A stretch of 64,000 nt of DNA from an uncultured virus (IMG/VR IMGVR_UViG_3300042882_000732) (lineage: Duplodnaviria; Heunggongvirae; Uroviricota; Caudoviricetes), in the IMG/VR virus record IMGVR_UViG_3300042882_000732, positions 1 to 64,000 of that record; one strand, given 5' to 3'. The position numbers and the translations under genes were made by a program. Shown here piece after piece: positions 33,595 through 43,563 of the stretch. Within the stretch, counting starts at the first letter, position 1; each line of letters begins with the position of its first letter. Under the pieces are notes generated by a model. It made no database searches, was not told the origin of the DNA, and saw nothing but the letters and a program-made list of their open reading frames with translations.

Positions 33595-34707
33595 TTATAC
33601 TGTTGGCACATCAGCATAACTGCCGGTGGCTCTAACATAAAAATCATTATAGTTTCTAAAACCATAAGTAATAGTAAGATTTCCACCACCAGTGTCACCA
33701 CCAGCATAATTAACAGATGTTAGTTTATTACCAGAACCTAAATAGAATTGTAAACTATTATTATTGCTACTAGGATCACCACTACCACAAATCTTTAATC
33801 TAATAGGAAATTCTGTTAGATTATTATAGTTAACACCACAGCCACTACTAAATATAAAGTCATTTGCGGTAATATAATCGCCGACCTGACCAATAATTTC
33901 AAATTCACTAGTAACTTCAACAGGAAAGGTTGCATATCTATAGTATGGAGCTAACTGACCAAGCTCGTTAATTTGCTCACGACCAAGATTAGCACTTATT
34001 GTTATATTCTGTAAGTATAAATCAACATCAACACCAGTTGGCAAACCGCCGCTTTTAAATACTCCATTAAATCCTGTTGGTAAGACTGATTCGCTAATAT
34101 TTATATACTGTCTACGAGCTAATTTATTAGCTGTTTTATTTATTGTGGCAGCTGTCATATCTCCCATAGTACCGCCACTATTTTTAGCCCATTTTTTATT
34201 ATTTCCAACTAAAGTGATTTCTTCAGTAGCATTTCCATCCACTGGGAAAGTATAGTTTAAACTAGATAAATACATAGGAGTACATTCAACCCAGTCAGTT
34301 GTGGTACCATTAACTGTAGATTTAATATCACTATATATTCCTAATCTAAAGTCTACAGTATTAAATGCTAATCCAGCAAAACCTTTATTTTTAAGTTGAT
34401 TTGAATCTGTGAAGCTGCTAGTATTAGCTCCTTCGATTCCAGTTTCGCCACCCATGGCCATTAAATATAAAGGACATGTACCGTCTAGAGCCTTATTAAT
34501 AGTAACTTCAACTTCAGGAGTATTCTCACTAATAGCATAAATATCTATAGCACCTAATTGAAACGCCTGCTCAGTAGATAGTGTATTATTGAATCCAACA
34601 CTCTGAACACCTTGGGGCTGATACCATGAACCATACTTATTTCCGGTTGTTGATGGTTTTAATTGAGCTATCTGTGAGCCGTAAAAAATTCTATTATTAT
34701 TACCCAT
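33595..34707 (-). CDS. Major tail tube protein paralogue 3
   Basis: Shares NRIFY, GVQSVG, PEVEVT, PVDGNATE, TFPVEVTSEFE and NYAGGDTGGGN with the two upstream genes; GGAG RBS. Confidence 0.7.
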   Translation of the reverse strand: MGNNNRIFYGSQIAQLKPSTTGNKYGSWYQPQGVQSVGFNNTLSTEQAFQLGAIDIYAISENTPEVEVTINKALDGTCPLYLMAMGGETGIEGANTSSFTDSNQLKNKGFAGLAFNTVDFRLGIYSDIKSTVNGTTTDWVECTPMYLSSLNYTFPVDGNATEEITLVGNNKKWAKNSGGTMGDMTAATINKTANKLARRQYINISESVLPTGFNGVFKSGGLPTGVDVDLYLQNITISANLGREQINELGQLAPYYRYATFPVEVTSEFEIIGQVGDYITANDFIFSSGCGVNYNNLTEFPIRLKICGSGDPSSNNNSLQFYLGSGNKLTSVNYAGGDTGGGNLTITYGFRNYNDFYVRATGSYADVPTV

Positions 34708-34732
34708 TTAAAAACTCCTATTTAATTGATGT

Positions 34733-35959
34733 TTAGGTTAATGTACCAGAGGCATAGGCTGATCCATTATGGCTAAGATATTTAGCATAAGAGCCCTCAG
34801 GAATAACATTGAACTTGTTGAATGTTTGATAGCTATATGTAACAGTAGCATTACCACCACCAGTATCTCCTCCTGTATAATTAACTGAGGTTAATCTATT
34901 CTTTGTTCCAAGATCTAGATATAAAGCATCAGCATTTGTTGCTCCACAAACTTTAATAACAATTTCTTCATTAGGAGTATTGCTATAATCTGTTGCGCAT
35001 GTTGCAGAACTGATGGGGTTATCTTCATTGTCATAAGCCATAAAATCATTAGCATTGATAAAATCACCAGATACTGATACCAATTCAAATTCACTGGTCA
35101 CTTCAATAGGAAATGTGGTATATTTGTAATATGGACCAAAGAATCCTAATTCATTAATATTTTCTCTATTAAGAGAAGCACTAACTGTTATATTTTGTAC
35201 TTTAGGAGTATCTTCTCCTCCGTTAATTTCTCGCTTATATGGAACTAGTATTCCAGTTGGTAGCATAGTAAAGGCAGGAAAAGTTGTAATTTTATCATTT
35301 TCATCTCTGACTGTGCTTAGCGTAGCAAGAGCCCCAGTTATTGCAACATGCTGTCTTCTAACAACAAGACTTGCTAAGTCTCCAAGAGCCTCAGCAGCAG
35401 CCCCATTAGGAACAGTAACTGAACCACCCCATGTTTTTCTACTACCGGCTAATGTTACTTGCTCAGTAGCATTTCCATCAACAGGGAAAGTGAAAGACAC
35501 ACTATTCAAATACATACCAGAGCATAAAGTATGATGACTAAGTGTTCCACTAGCTTTAGAACTAGTATCTTTAGCAACAGCAAATCTAGCATTAACCATA
35601 TTTGTTGATATTTCAGTAATATCTTTATTTTTAGATACAACAGCGGTTCCATTGGTCCATGCTGTGCATAAAGAATATAAAGGAGCTGTTCCATCTACTA
35701 ATTTAGATAATGTTACTTCAACTTCTGGAGATGTTTCTACTTGAGTATAAATAGATAATGTTCCAAGTTGAGAAACTGGTTCATTATTAAATGTTGTACT
35801 TATACCAGCACTTTGTAAACCTAGTGGTTGAATCCATCGACCATAAGTAACATAATGACTTGGGTCTCTATAATTTATAGGGACGGCATTTCCAGTAGAT
35901 ACTGGTTGAAGATTAATACTTTGTGTAGCATAAAAAATTCTTTTATTAAGATTACCCAT
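34733..35959 (-). CDS. Major tail tube protein paralogue 2
   Basis: Same conserved motif set; GGAG RBS. Confidence 0.7.
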   Translation of the reverse strand: MGNLNKRIFYATQSINLQPVSTGNAVPINYRDPSHYVTYGRWIQPLGLQSAGISTTFNNEPVSQLGTLSIYTQVETSPEVEVTLSKLVDGTAPLYSLCTAWTNGTAVVSKNKDITEISTNMVNARFAVAKDTSSKASGTLSHHTLCSGMYLNSVSFTFPVDGNATEQVTLAGSRKTWGGSVTVPNGAAAEALGDLASLVVRRQHVAITGALATLSTVRDENDKITTFPAFTMLPTGILVPYKREINGGEDTPKVQNITVSASLNRENINELGFFGPYYKYTTFPIEVTSEFELVSVSGDFINANDFMAYDNEDNPISSATCATDYSNTPNEEIVIKVCGATNADALYLDLGTKNRLTSVNYTGGDTGGGNATVTYSYQTFNKFNVIPEGSYAKYLSHNGSAYASGTLT

Positions 35960-37166
35960 TATAAATATCTCCAGTATTTGATTCTAATGTGGAAGTTGAT
36001 GCTGGTGTGGTGGCCGACACTGTGGGATTATTTATTTGTTGAACATTAACAGCATTATCATCGTCATTGATAGTAACTCCCTTAGCATACGTACCACTAG
36101 CATCTATTTTAAAGTCATTGAAATTTCTAAAACTATATGTTACTGTGGCATTTCCACCACCAGTATCGCCGCCAGCATAATTAACTGCAGTTAATGTATT
36201 TTTTGACCCAAGATCAAAAACCATAGAATTACTACCATTAGTATGGTCAAAGTCACAAATGGCTAATCTAATAGTTTTGTATGCTAAATTAGTTTTAGAT
36301 GTTCCGCAAAAACTATCACCACTAAAGTCTTTGAAATCTAAACCATCGCCATCTTCTGCAATAATTTCAAATTCGCTAGTAACTTCAATAGGAAATGTTG
36401 CATATCTACAATATGGACTAAATTTACCTAATTGATTGATACTTTCTCTTCCAAGATTAGAACTCATGGTAATATTTTGAATATGAGGTAATTTGGAGTA
36501 TGTTGGACCACCAATGCCACCTGTTCCAACAGGAAGTGTTGATTGTTGAATATTAAAATATTGTCTACGTAAAATTCCACTACTACTTGATGGTCTTACT
36601 CCATTCGCTACTTTTCCTTGAGTAAATGTATCACCAACTGAAGGTGCTCCAGTGTTTATTCCAGGATAATTATAATTCCATCTTTTGTGATTTCCTACAA
36701 GTGTAATTTCTTCAGTAGCATTTCCTTCTACTGGCAATGTATAATTAAAACTAGACAAATACATTCCTGTGCATACAACATATGAAGCTGCTGCATCTTC
36801 TGTGAATTGTTTGTTATCTTCATAAATTCCTAAACGAAAATGAACTCTATTATTTGATAATGAGACTAAACTAGCATTTATGGCATCTCCTATCCCGCCG
36901 CCACCGCCCATTGCCATTAAATATAAAGGACTAGTACTATCTATTATTTTGTTGATAGTTACTTCAACTTCTGGAACGGTTTCAACATTATCATATATTT
37001 CTACTGTTCCTAGTTGAAAAGTTTGTTCTCGGTTAAAATTTGTTGTCATACCAACGCTTTGAACACCTAGAGGATTATACCAATAGCTTGTTACGCTGGA
37101 TCCAGTATCATTACATGGTCTTAACTGAGCAACCTGAGAAGCATAATAAATTCTGTTGTTCGGCAT
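35952..37166 (-). CDS. Major tail tube protein paralogue 1
   Basis: Same motif set; preceded by a GGTGTA element and GGGAG RBS; sits after the neck genes. Confidence 0.7.
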   Translation of the reverse strand: MPNNRIYYASQVAQLRPCNDTGSSVTSYWYNPLGVQSVGMTTNFNREQTFQLGTVEIYDNVETVPEVEVTINKIIDSTSPLYLMAMGGGGGIGDAINASLVSLSNNRVHFRLGIYEDNKQFTEDAAASYVVCTGMYLSSFNYTLPVEGNATEEITLVGNHKRWNYNYPGINTGAPSVGDTFTQGKVANGVRPSSSSGILRRQYFNIQQSTLPVGTGGIGGPTYSKLPHIQNITMSSNLGRESINQLGKFSPYCRYATFPIEVTSEFEIIAEDGDGLDFKDFSGDSFCGTSKTNLAYKTIRLAICDFDHTNGSNSMVFDLGSKNTLTAVNYAGGDTGGGNATVTYSFRNFNDFKIDASGTYAKGVTINDDDNAVNVQQINNPTVSATTPASTSTLESNTGDIYNG

Positions 37167-37204
37167 TGTAAACTCCCGCGAAATAGGATGTATATTTTAT
37201 AGAA

Positions 37205-37210
37205 TACACC
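37205..37210 (-). promoter_or_regulatory. Putative late promoter element GGTGTA
   Basis: GGTGTATTCTATAAAAT about 38 nt upstream of the tail tube start. Confidence 0.65.
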
Positions 37211-37216
37211 AAATAC

Positions 37217-37969
37217 TTAGTAATAAATTATATTGTTTTGTTCTTTCTTTATTGACTCTAATAAGCTATGTGAGATTTCTTTGGAAACTGCATAATTATC
37301 AAAACTCATAAAAAATTTATGTAAAGCGTCTTGGCTTTCAATCATGGCTATCATGGGTTTTTGATATAATATAACATTATCATTAATATTTATTATATCT
37401 GTATTTAATTGATCAATTCTACTACCATCATACACCAAAAAATAATAACTGTTATTCATTTTAGCATTGGTAGATAAGACATGACTAATAGCATCATCTA
37501 TTACTATATCATATAAAAAATTATGAGCTTTCCACTTACAGTTTTTCAGTAAGGAGTTGCAAAGATCATTGTGTTTTTCAGGTAAAAATGGCCTAAATGA
37601 CCTTGATCTGAACATAAAAGATATTGCAACTGGCGGAATATCTAAGTTGGATAGTTTGGCAATAATATTATCAAAATCAATAGAAGGATCAGAACAATCA
37701 ATTATTAAATATAGTCTAATTAAAGTATTAGTATTTATCATTTGTTCTAAAGATCCATCTATAAAATTTTCTTTATATTGGTTATATATATTTTGAGAAA
37801 ATCCATATCTACAAGCATAATTTTGAATATGATTATATCCATTCTCATCAATAGATATTTCTTTAATATTCATAATTTTAGATATAATATCTTTTGAACA
37901 TCCTTTTAATGTATTCGAATCTTCTACTGGACTAGCAAACATACATTCACAACATTTTGTATTTACCAT
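37217..37969 (-). CDS. Hypothetical protein with N-terminal Cys cluster
   Basis: CCECMF...GC...YACRY; very AT-rich; AAGGA RBS. Confidence 0.6.
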   Translation of the reverse strand: MVNTKCCECMFASPVEDSNTLKGCSKDIISKIMNIKEISIDENGYNHIQNYACRYGFSQNIYNQYKENFIDGSLEQMINTNTLIRLYLIIDCSDPSIDFDNIIAKLSNLDIPPVAISFMFRSRSFRPFLPEKHNDLCNSLLKNCKWKAHNFLYDIVIDDAISHVLSTNAKMNNSYYFLVYDGSRIDQLNTDIININDNVILYQKPMIAMIESQDALHKFFMSFDNYAVSKEISHSLLESIKKEQNNIIYY

Positions 37970-37978
37970 AAATATTCC

Positions 37979-38623
37979 TTATAAATATTGTTCTATATTT
38001 TTTTGTATAATTTTATATATATTATCTTCTACACTATTAATAGCTCTAGTAGTCCAATTATTATCCTCTGTTCCTGCAAATTCCGATGGTACTTTCCATG
38101 CTCCGCTAGAAGGTTTCATAATTGCCATGCCAGATCTAGAATATGAGAAATTACCATAAACAACTTCATAATTTTGTACTATTATTTCATTTCCTCCATA
38201 TAATAACCATTCTAACCAAGGAAGCACATATCCTTTATTTTCATCTGAAACAGTAGCTATATTTGCTGATATAACGCCGTTCATATCATCGGATTTCATC
38301 ATAGTTATAGTAAAACCACCTATTATACCATTTGAAGATATTTTTGTATTTGAATTTTTAACATCTAAGGTATCTATTAATGCATCTATTACTAGAGGTA
38401 TTGATCCTGGATTTGATATTCCAAACTCTGCTTTTAATGTTCCTGCCATTAAAGAAGAATATTCTGGTTGAGATCTTAGTGCTTCTGCTATCAAAAATTT
38501 AATTTCATTAGAAATAATTTTAATTGATTTATTTATAGCATTATCAATAACTTTTTTAATTTCAATAAGTATCAAGTCTTTAATTTTACTATCTGTTTCT
38601 AGTAAAGTTAAAGATATTTTCAT
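37979..38623 (-). CDS. Putative neck/tail-completion protein
   Basis: Start moved to the ATGA overlap at 38623; LPWLEWLL and NNWTTRA motifs; position between head-closure-like and tail tube genes. Confidence 0.5.
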   Translation of the reverse strand: MKISLTLLETDSKIKDLILIEIKKVIDNAINKSIKIISNEIKFLIAEALRSQPEYSSLMAGTLKAEFGISNPGSIPLVIDALIDTLDVKNSNTKISSNGIIGGFTITMMKSDDMNGVISANIATVSDENKGYVLPWLEWLLYGGNEIIVQNYEVVYGNFSYSRSGMAIMKPSSGAWKVPSEFAGTEDNNWTTRAINSVEDNIYKIIQKNIEQYL

Positions 38624-39141
38624 TTTCTTTTCCACATACAAATTATATAAGCATTGTCTCCTAATCCCGCAAGTTCAGGATCTCCATGTCTTTCATATAC
38701 AAAATTACCATATTTATTAATACTATTATCTACAACTAATTCTGTAGCATTTCTTAATTTTGGCAATAATTCAATTTTACATATTGTTTGAACCATTGAG
38801 TCAGGTATATTCAATGTTTTTGATGACCAATTTATCCAATGTTTGCTATCAAAAATACAAGCAAGGTAGACAACTTCTGTACCAATATTAGATTGCATCA
38901 TTCCCATTCCCATGCAAACAGGACAAATAGTTCCTTCTGTAAATGATACTGGTCCTGTGCCGTTATATTTATTAGTAGATAATTGTGATATGCTATCAAA
39001 AATACAATTATTGCAATATATTGGGCTATTAATTCCTGTGTATCTCAAAGTACATGGCACAGTTAGGCCACTGCTATCCAGTAATATATTTATAGCATCT
39101 TTATACAGGTTTTTAAATTCTTTACCAAATAAATTATTCAT
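38620..39141 (-). CDS. Putative head-closure/head-tail joining protein with zinc finger
   Basis: CNNC...CPVCMGMG; size and position typical of stopper proteins. Confidence 0.5.
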   Translation of the reverse strand: MNNLFGKEFKNLYKDAINILLDSSGLTVPCTLRYTGINSPIYCNNCIFDSISQLSTNKYNGTGPVSFTEGTICPVCMGMGMMQSNIGTEVVYLACIFDSKHWINWSSKTLNIPDSMVQTICKIELLPKLRNATELVVDNSINKYGNFVYERHGDPELAGLGDNAYIICMWKRK

Positions 39142-39142
39142 T

Positions 39143-39337
39143 TTATATATAAATTATATCTGAGGATGTTGTGTCTTTAATATCTATTAACGATTCAATA
39201 ACTAGTCCATACAATGTTGTACTAGTATTAGATATATAAATGGTTTTATTAATTAAGTCTATAAGATTTACAGATAAATCTTTTTGATAAATTTCTAGTG
39301 CAACTTTTGTAATATTAGTTTGTAATGTTATATTCAT
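39143..39337 (-). CDS. Small hypothetical protein
   Basis: 64-aa ORF exactly filling the gap. Confidence 0.5.
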   Translation of the reverse strand: MNITLQTNITKVALEIYQKDLSVNLIDLINKTIYISNTSTTLYGLVIESLIDIKDTTSSDIIYI

Positions 39338-39339
39338 TA

Positions 39340-39570
39340 TTATGATAACTTTTTAGGTTCTCCTGCTAATCCTGGACCGGCTGGAGCATACGGGGCATTC
39401 TCATCAATTATTGCTTGTATGCACAACTGAGCCCATGATTCTGCTTCTGCTGCCGATGACCATGCTGTCCCATTTGGCCAATCTGGCTGATATATAATTG
39501 GTTCTGGTCTATCGTCAGAATATATTTTAACAGAAAAATTATTACTATCTATTGAATAAGTTAAATTCAT
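39340..39570 (-). CDS. Small hypothetical protein, possibly fibre-associated
   Basis: QPDWPNGTAWSSAAEAESWA; directly follows a propeller-bearing gene. Confidence 0.6.
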   Translation of the reverse strand: MNLTYSIDSNNFSVKIYSDDRPEPIIYQPDWPNGTAWSSAAEAESWAQLCIQAIIDENAPYAPAGPGLAGEPKKLS

Positions 39571-39586
39571 TTATTTTTCCCTTTAA

Positions 39587-41665
39587 TTATGTAAGATTAA
39601 TCCAATTATAATTATCTATTGATCTTTGAGTCCAGTTTATTCCATTCGTTGATGTTAATACTGTGGTGGTACTTCCTATAATAATAAAAGTATTATTTTT
39701 GTAAATAATTTTATTCCATGGTCCATTTAATACTATATTACTAGTCCAATTTATTAGGTCATTAGATACTATAATATTAGCTAAATTATATCCTATAGCA
39801 ACATAAGTGTTATTACCATATGCTATAGATTTCCATCCTGCAGATTCGGGAAGATCAGCTGTTGTCCATGATATGCCATTTGTGCTGTATGCTATTTTAT
39901 CAGTTTGTGAAGCAACTATAGCGAATTTATCTCCATAAATAATATCGTTCCAGTTATTTGTGATTGGTAAAGATCTTTGTGTCCATGTTATGCCATCAGT
40001 GGATGTTGCAATGGTTGACGAATTATAATTCATTGCTACAAAAATACCATTACCGTATGCACAGCCGTTCCAACTGGACGCTGATGGGGCATTTGGTCCA
40101 CCAATATAAATTTGAAACGGCAATGTAAACTTTGTCCAATTTATACCATCTGTTGATATTATTCCATTGGCAGAGGAGTTTGCTAATATAATAAATTTAT
40201 TATTGGCATAAGTTATACATGTCCATTGATTATTAACATTTGTTACATTAAAATTTGAGCTAGTCCATGTTATACCATTTGTCGAATATTCGTAATCTGA
40301 ACTACCATATGCACAAGCAATAAATTTAGAGGCTCCATAAGCTACATCTTTCCATGATCTGGTGGCTGTTAGATTATTAAGTGACCATGAGGACCCATTA
40401 TTACTACTTAACGCTGTTACATTAGAATTATCTGCAATTGCTATAAAATTATTTACAATATTAATTAGAGTTGTAGTAGGAGTAACAGTTTGTGTCTTAG
40501 TGGGTGTTGGCGTAGGACTAACGCTCATAGGGAGAGTAGAAGTTGCAGTTGGTGTTTTAGTAGGCGTTACTGTGGGACTAGCACTTGGTGCTTTAGTAGA
40601 TGTTGGTGTAGGACTAACACCCAGTGCTGGAGTAGAAGTCACAGTGGGCGTGACAAGCGGAGTTGTGCCCGTTACAATAGTAGAAGTTGGAGTTGGTGTT
40701 GTTTGTGTCTTGTGGTAAGGCAATATCTCTATAGACCATCTTACTATTCCATTATATAAAGTGCTACTAAGTGTATTTAATTCACCTAATGAAGTATTAA
40801 TAATAGTAAAATAATTATATTGAAATTCATCTACTAATTGTGGATAATTTTTACCATTAGGATTGATTGCCCCATATTTATCTAGTCCAAAAGAAAGTGT
40901 TTTTGCAACAGCGTCAGAATCATATAGATGAAGAACTTTATCTTTTTGTGCTATTAATATATCTATTATAGTATTTCGTTGAGTAGCAGATTGTGCAAAA
41001 ATATGAAGAAATATTTCTTGAGTCCAAATATTTTCTGTAGTACCTAATTCATACGGTTTGAGTTTGGTGCTGGGAGCTAATTCTAAAATTATTGCTGGCA
41101 ATTGAACTCTATGAATAGAGGTTATAGCATAGTCTCCATTTGCTTTATAATTTGAGGGACTGTATGTCTCTTTTTGTACTTCTTTCCACCAAATAGAATC
41201 GCTAGCTTTATATGTTTGTATATATCTATAAGAATAGCTAGCAATAACAGAACTAGATGATGATACTGCATTATTAAATTTTATTTGTCCAAGAGGATAG
41301 TTAACAGAGTATCCGTATCCTCCGCTTCCTGTTGGCGCCGGTAGAAAAATATTATTTAGATATAATCCAGAAAATACTGACGGGGCCGTACTGTTATAGT
41401 TTACTCCTGACTCATATACCCAATCTTTACGGATAGACTGCCATAATCTGCTTCCTACTACTGTTGGATCTGGTGCTAGTTTAAGAACATGAAATCCAGA
41501 TGTTCCGGATATTGCTGGAGAAGGATTTGGCACATTAACAAAACCACCTATATTCAAAAAAGACCAATCTAAGAATGATTTTAAATTATCTTCTAATGAA
41601 GAAATTTTATCTTTTTGAGTAATAGATCTTACATTATGAAATTGAGTCATTAATATACTTGCCAC
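39587..41665 (-). CDS. Putative tail-terminator/neck protein fused via PT linker to a repeat beta-propeller
   Basis: N-terminal about 315 aa (HRVQLPAIILE...PYELG...HIFAQ...RNTIIDIL), Pro/Thr tract, then ST(N/D)GI(T/N/S)WT repeats; GTG start. Confidence 0.55.
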   Translation of the reverse strand: MASILMTQFHNVRSITQKDKISSLEDNLKSFLDWSFLNIGGFVNVPNPSPAISGTSGFHVLKLAPDPTVVGSRLWQSIRKDWVYESGVNYNSTAPSVFSGLYLNNIFLPAPTGSGGYGYSVNYPLGQIKFNNAVSSSSSVIASYSYRYIQTYKASDSIWWKEVQKETYSPSNYKANGDYAITSIHRVQLPAIILELAPSTKLKPYELGTTENIWTQEIFLHIFAQSATQRNTIIDILIAQKDKVLHLYDSDAVAKTLSFGLDKYGAINPNGKNYPQLVDEFQYNYFTIINTSLGELNTLSSTLYNGIVRWSIEILPYHKTQTTPTPTSTIVTGTTPLVTPTVTSTPALGVSPTPTSTKAPSASPTVTPTKTPTATSTLPMSVSPTPTPTKTQTVTPTTTLINIVNNFIAIADNSNVTALSSNNGSSWSLNNLTATRSWKDVAYGASKFIACAYGSSDYEYSTNGITWTSSNFNVTNVNNQWTCITYANNKFIILANSSANGIISTDGINWTKFTLPFQIYIGGPNAPSASSWNGCAYGNGIFVAMNYNSSTIATSTDGITWTQRSLPITNNWNDIIYGDKFAIVASQTDKIAYSTNGISWTTADLPESAGWKSIAYGNNTYVAIGYNLANIIVSNDLINWTSNIVLNGPWNKIIYKNNTFIIIGSTTTVLTSTNGINWTQRSIDNYNWINLT

Positions 41666-41686
41666 CCTTCTGGTTTATTATTTGAG

Positions 41687-42646
41687 TTAGGGCTGATAAG
41701 TTACTACTAGTTTCCATCCATCCATATAACCTGATCCTACAGGAGATGCATCCGGATCGGTGTCTTTGATTAATAATGACCATACTCCGGTTATGCTGTG
41801 TCCAATAAGATATCCAAAATTTGATGATAAAGTTTCATTAGAATATTTAACTATGTCAGTTTTGTCGTATATATTACAATATGATCCATTATTAATATTA
41901 TATACATAAGATGTTGGTAGTGCTTTATTAGAAAACATAAAATTAAAATTAGTTTTTGGCATTTTATGATTTGCAGATAATAGTATCTTATTACCGGACG
42001 GTGGAGCTAAAAATATTTGTAAATCTTGTGGAGATGTATGATTTAGATTATTTATAACAACTTCTATATTTTCTATATTATTAGTATTTGTGGTCGTTAT
42101 ATTACTATTTGATATTGATAAATCGTTTATTATTAATCCTGATCCTTGATATGCTGTGGAATAAATATCTAGATTCAAGCAATCTGTATCTAAACATAAA
42201 TTTTGGAATTCTGTTAAAGATTCTGACGGAACTGGAGTTGTTGATGGGGTATCGTTACCGTTTGTTGAGGGGGTACTAAGAATACAATTAGGAAATGGTG
42301 TTTGTCTTTTAATTATATTAATAGTACCATAGACCAATCTAGTTATTTTGTCTCCAATAAGAACATCAAGATCATAAATAGCATTATCAAATTGAAAACT
42401 TTGTGTTAAAGCATTACTAATTTTTAATGTTATTAATCCTTTGTCGTTAGAAAATAACGATGTGTTACCAATTTTTTTAGTAGAAAATCCAAAAGAGTCA
42501 CCAGAATTTGGAATAATTTGCATAACAACGCAAGATGTATTACTATCTCCGAGATTTACTGGCTGACCATTAGAGTCATTATATTGAAAATTAACTTCAA
42601 AATCACTACCTTGTTCTATAGGAAAATTGTAATTTACTGCTGCCAT
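41687..42646 (-). CDS. IEQG-type adaptor domain fused to a proprotein-convertase P-domain
   Basis: N-terminus paralogous to 52133..52537. C-terminus has IENIEVVI.NL.HT.PQDLQIFL.PPSG, GVWSLLIKD and GYMDGWKL, the P-domain pattern. Confidence 0.65.
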   Translation of the reverse strand: MAAVNYNFPIEQGSDFEVNFQYNDSNGQPVNLGDSNTSCVVMQIIPNSGDSFGFSTKKIGNTSLFSNDKGLITLKISNALTQSFQFDNAIYDLDVLIGDKITRLVYGTINIIKRQTPFPNCILSTPSTNGNDTPSTTPVPSESLTEFQNLCLDTDCLNLDIYSTAYQGSGLIINDLSISNSNITTTNTNNIENIEVVINNLNHTSPQDLQIFLAPPSGNKILLSANHKMPKTNFNFMFSNKALPTSYVYNINNGSYCNIYDKTDIVKYSNETLSSNFGYLIGHSITGVWSLLIKDTDPDASPVGSGYMDGWKLVVTYQP

Positions 42647-42658
42647 AAAACTTCCTTA

Positions 42659-43168
42659 TTAATATAAATCTCTTCCTCTGTTATCAGAGAATAGTGATCG
42701 TGGGTCAAATTTATTACCAACAAACGGACTAAGAATTGCTCTAATGGCAGTAGCCTGACTGACATCCCAGTGAGAAGTCAATTCATCATATGATGCACAT
42801 GGTCCTTTTTCTAGTATCTTTATGAATCCTTCCAAACTTCCTTTTACTGTCAATGTTGCCGACCCAAGTGATGCTCTTATACCCTCTAAAGCGGCCTTTG
42901 TTCTTAGAACACTTTGATCAATAATACAAGCAGCTTTAAGAGAAACTAAGCTAATAAAAATTTCATCATTATGATCAGTTGGATCAGGACTAATGTTACC
43001 TTCTATCACATCTACATTGTAAGAATGGTCAAGAACAACATCAAATTGAACATATTTAGCAGCAACGGCTATAATTTGTTTTATTCTATCGTCACTATAT
43101 GTTGGTTGATCACCAAGATCGTTAATTAGTGTTCTGACTATTATTGGTATTTCAGCATCCCATGACAT
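42659..43168 (-). CDS. Putative head-tail connector/adaptor, copy 2
   Basis: Highly similar to 52556..53071 (IAVAAKYVQF, LEGIRA.LG, AILSPFVGN). Confidence 0.55.
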   Translation of the reverse strand: MSWDAEIPIIVRTLINDLGDQPTYSDDRIKQIIAVAAKYVQFDVVLDHSYNVDVIEGNISPDPTDHNDEIFISLVSLKAACIIDQSVLRTKAALEGIRASLGSATLTVKGSLEGFIKILEKGPCASYDELTSHWDVSQATAIRAILSPFVGNKFDPRSLFSDNRGRDLY

Positions 43169-43210
43169 AATACGGCCTTTTTATTAGAGTATATGCTGTA
43201 TATAATAGTA

Positions 43211-43216
43211 TACACC
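43211..43216 (-). promoter_or_regulatory. Putative late promoter element GGTGTA
   Basis: GGTGTATACTATTATA about 42 nt upstream of 43168. Confidence 0.65.
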
Positions 43217-43226
43217 CATACATTTA

Positions 43227-43562
43227 TTATGGATTGCCACTGGTAGAAATCACAGTTACTGTTCCATCTTCATTCATTGTAAATTGGCCAATAGCGGCCC
43301 AACCTTCTTGTATACTCTCTGGTTTTATACTATTAATTAATAGTCCCAATGCATAGTGTAATTCAAATACTTCCCTAGCATCTGTTCCTAGAGCCTCTGC
43401 TATTTGTGTTGGTGTTAGTCCACGAGGATTTTGCCAAAAGATTTTTGATCCTTCATTAAAAGCATTAACCATATTTTGAAAAGTTTGTCTGGTTTGATTT
43501 TTAATTCTATTAGCAACTTGGTTTGAGATAGAATTCTCTCCGATATTATCTAGTATGCTCAT
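43227..43562 (-). CDS. Hypothetical protein
   Basis: 111-aa ORF coupled to the sulfotransferase gene. Confidence 0.65.
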   Translation of the reverse strand: MSILDNIGENSISNQVANRIKNQTRQTFQNMVNAFNEGSKIFWQNPRGLTPTQIAEALGTDAREVFELHYALGLLINSIKPESIQEGWAAIGQFTMNEDGTVTVISTSGNP

Positions 43563-43563
43563 A

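Noticed and set aside
33595..37166. Contractile sheath or contractile injection system interpretation
   Set aside because: No sheath or baseplate-wedge signatures recognised; capsid, portal and terminase genes indicate a true phage.
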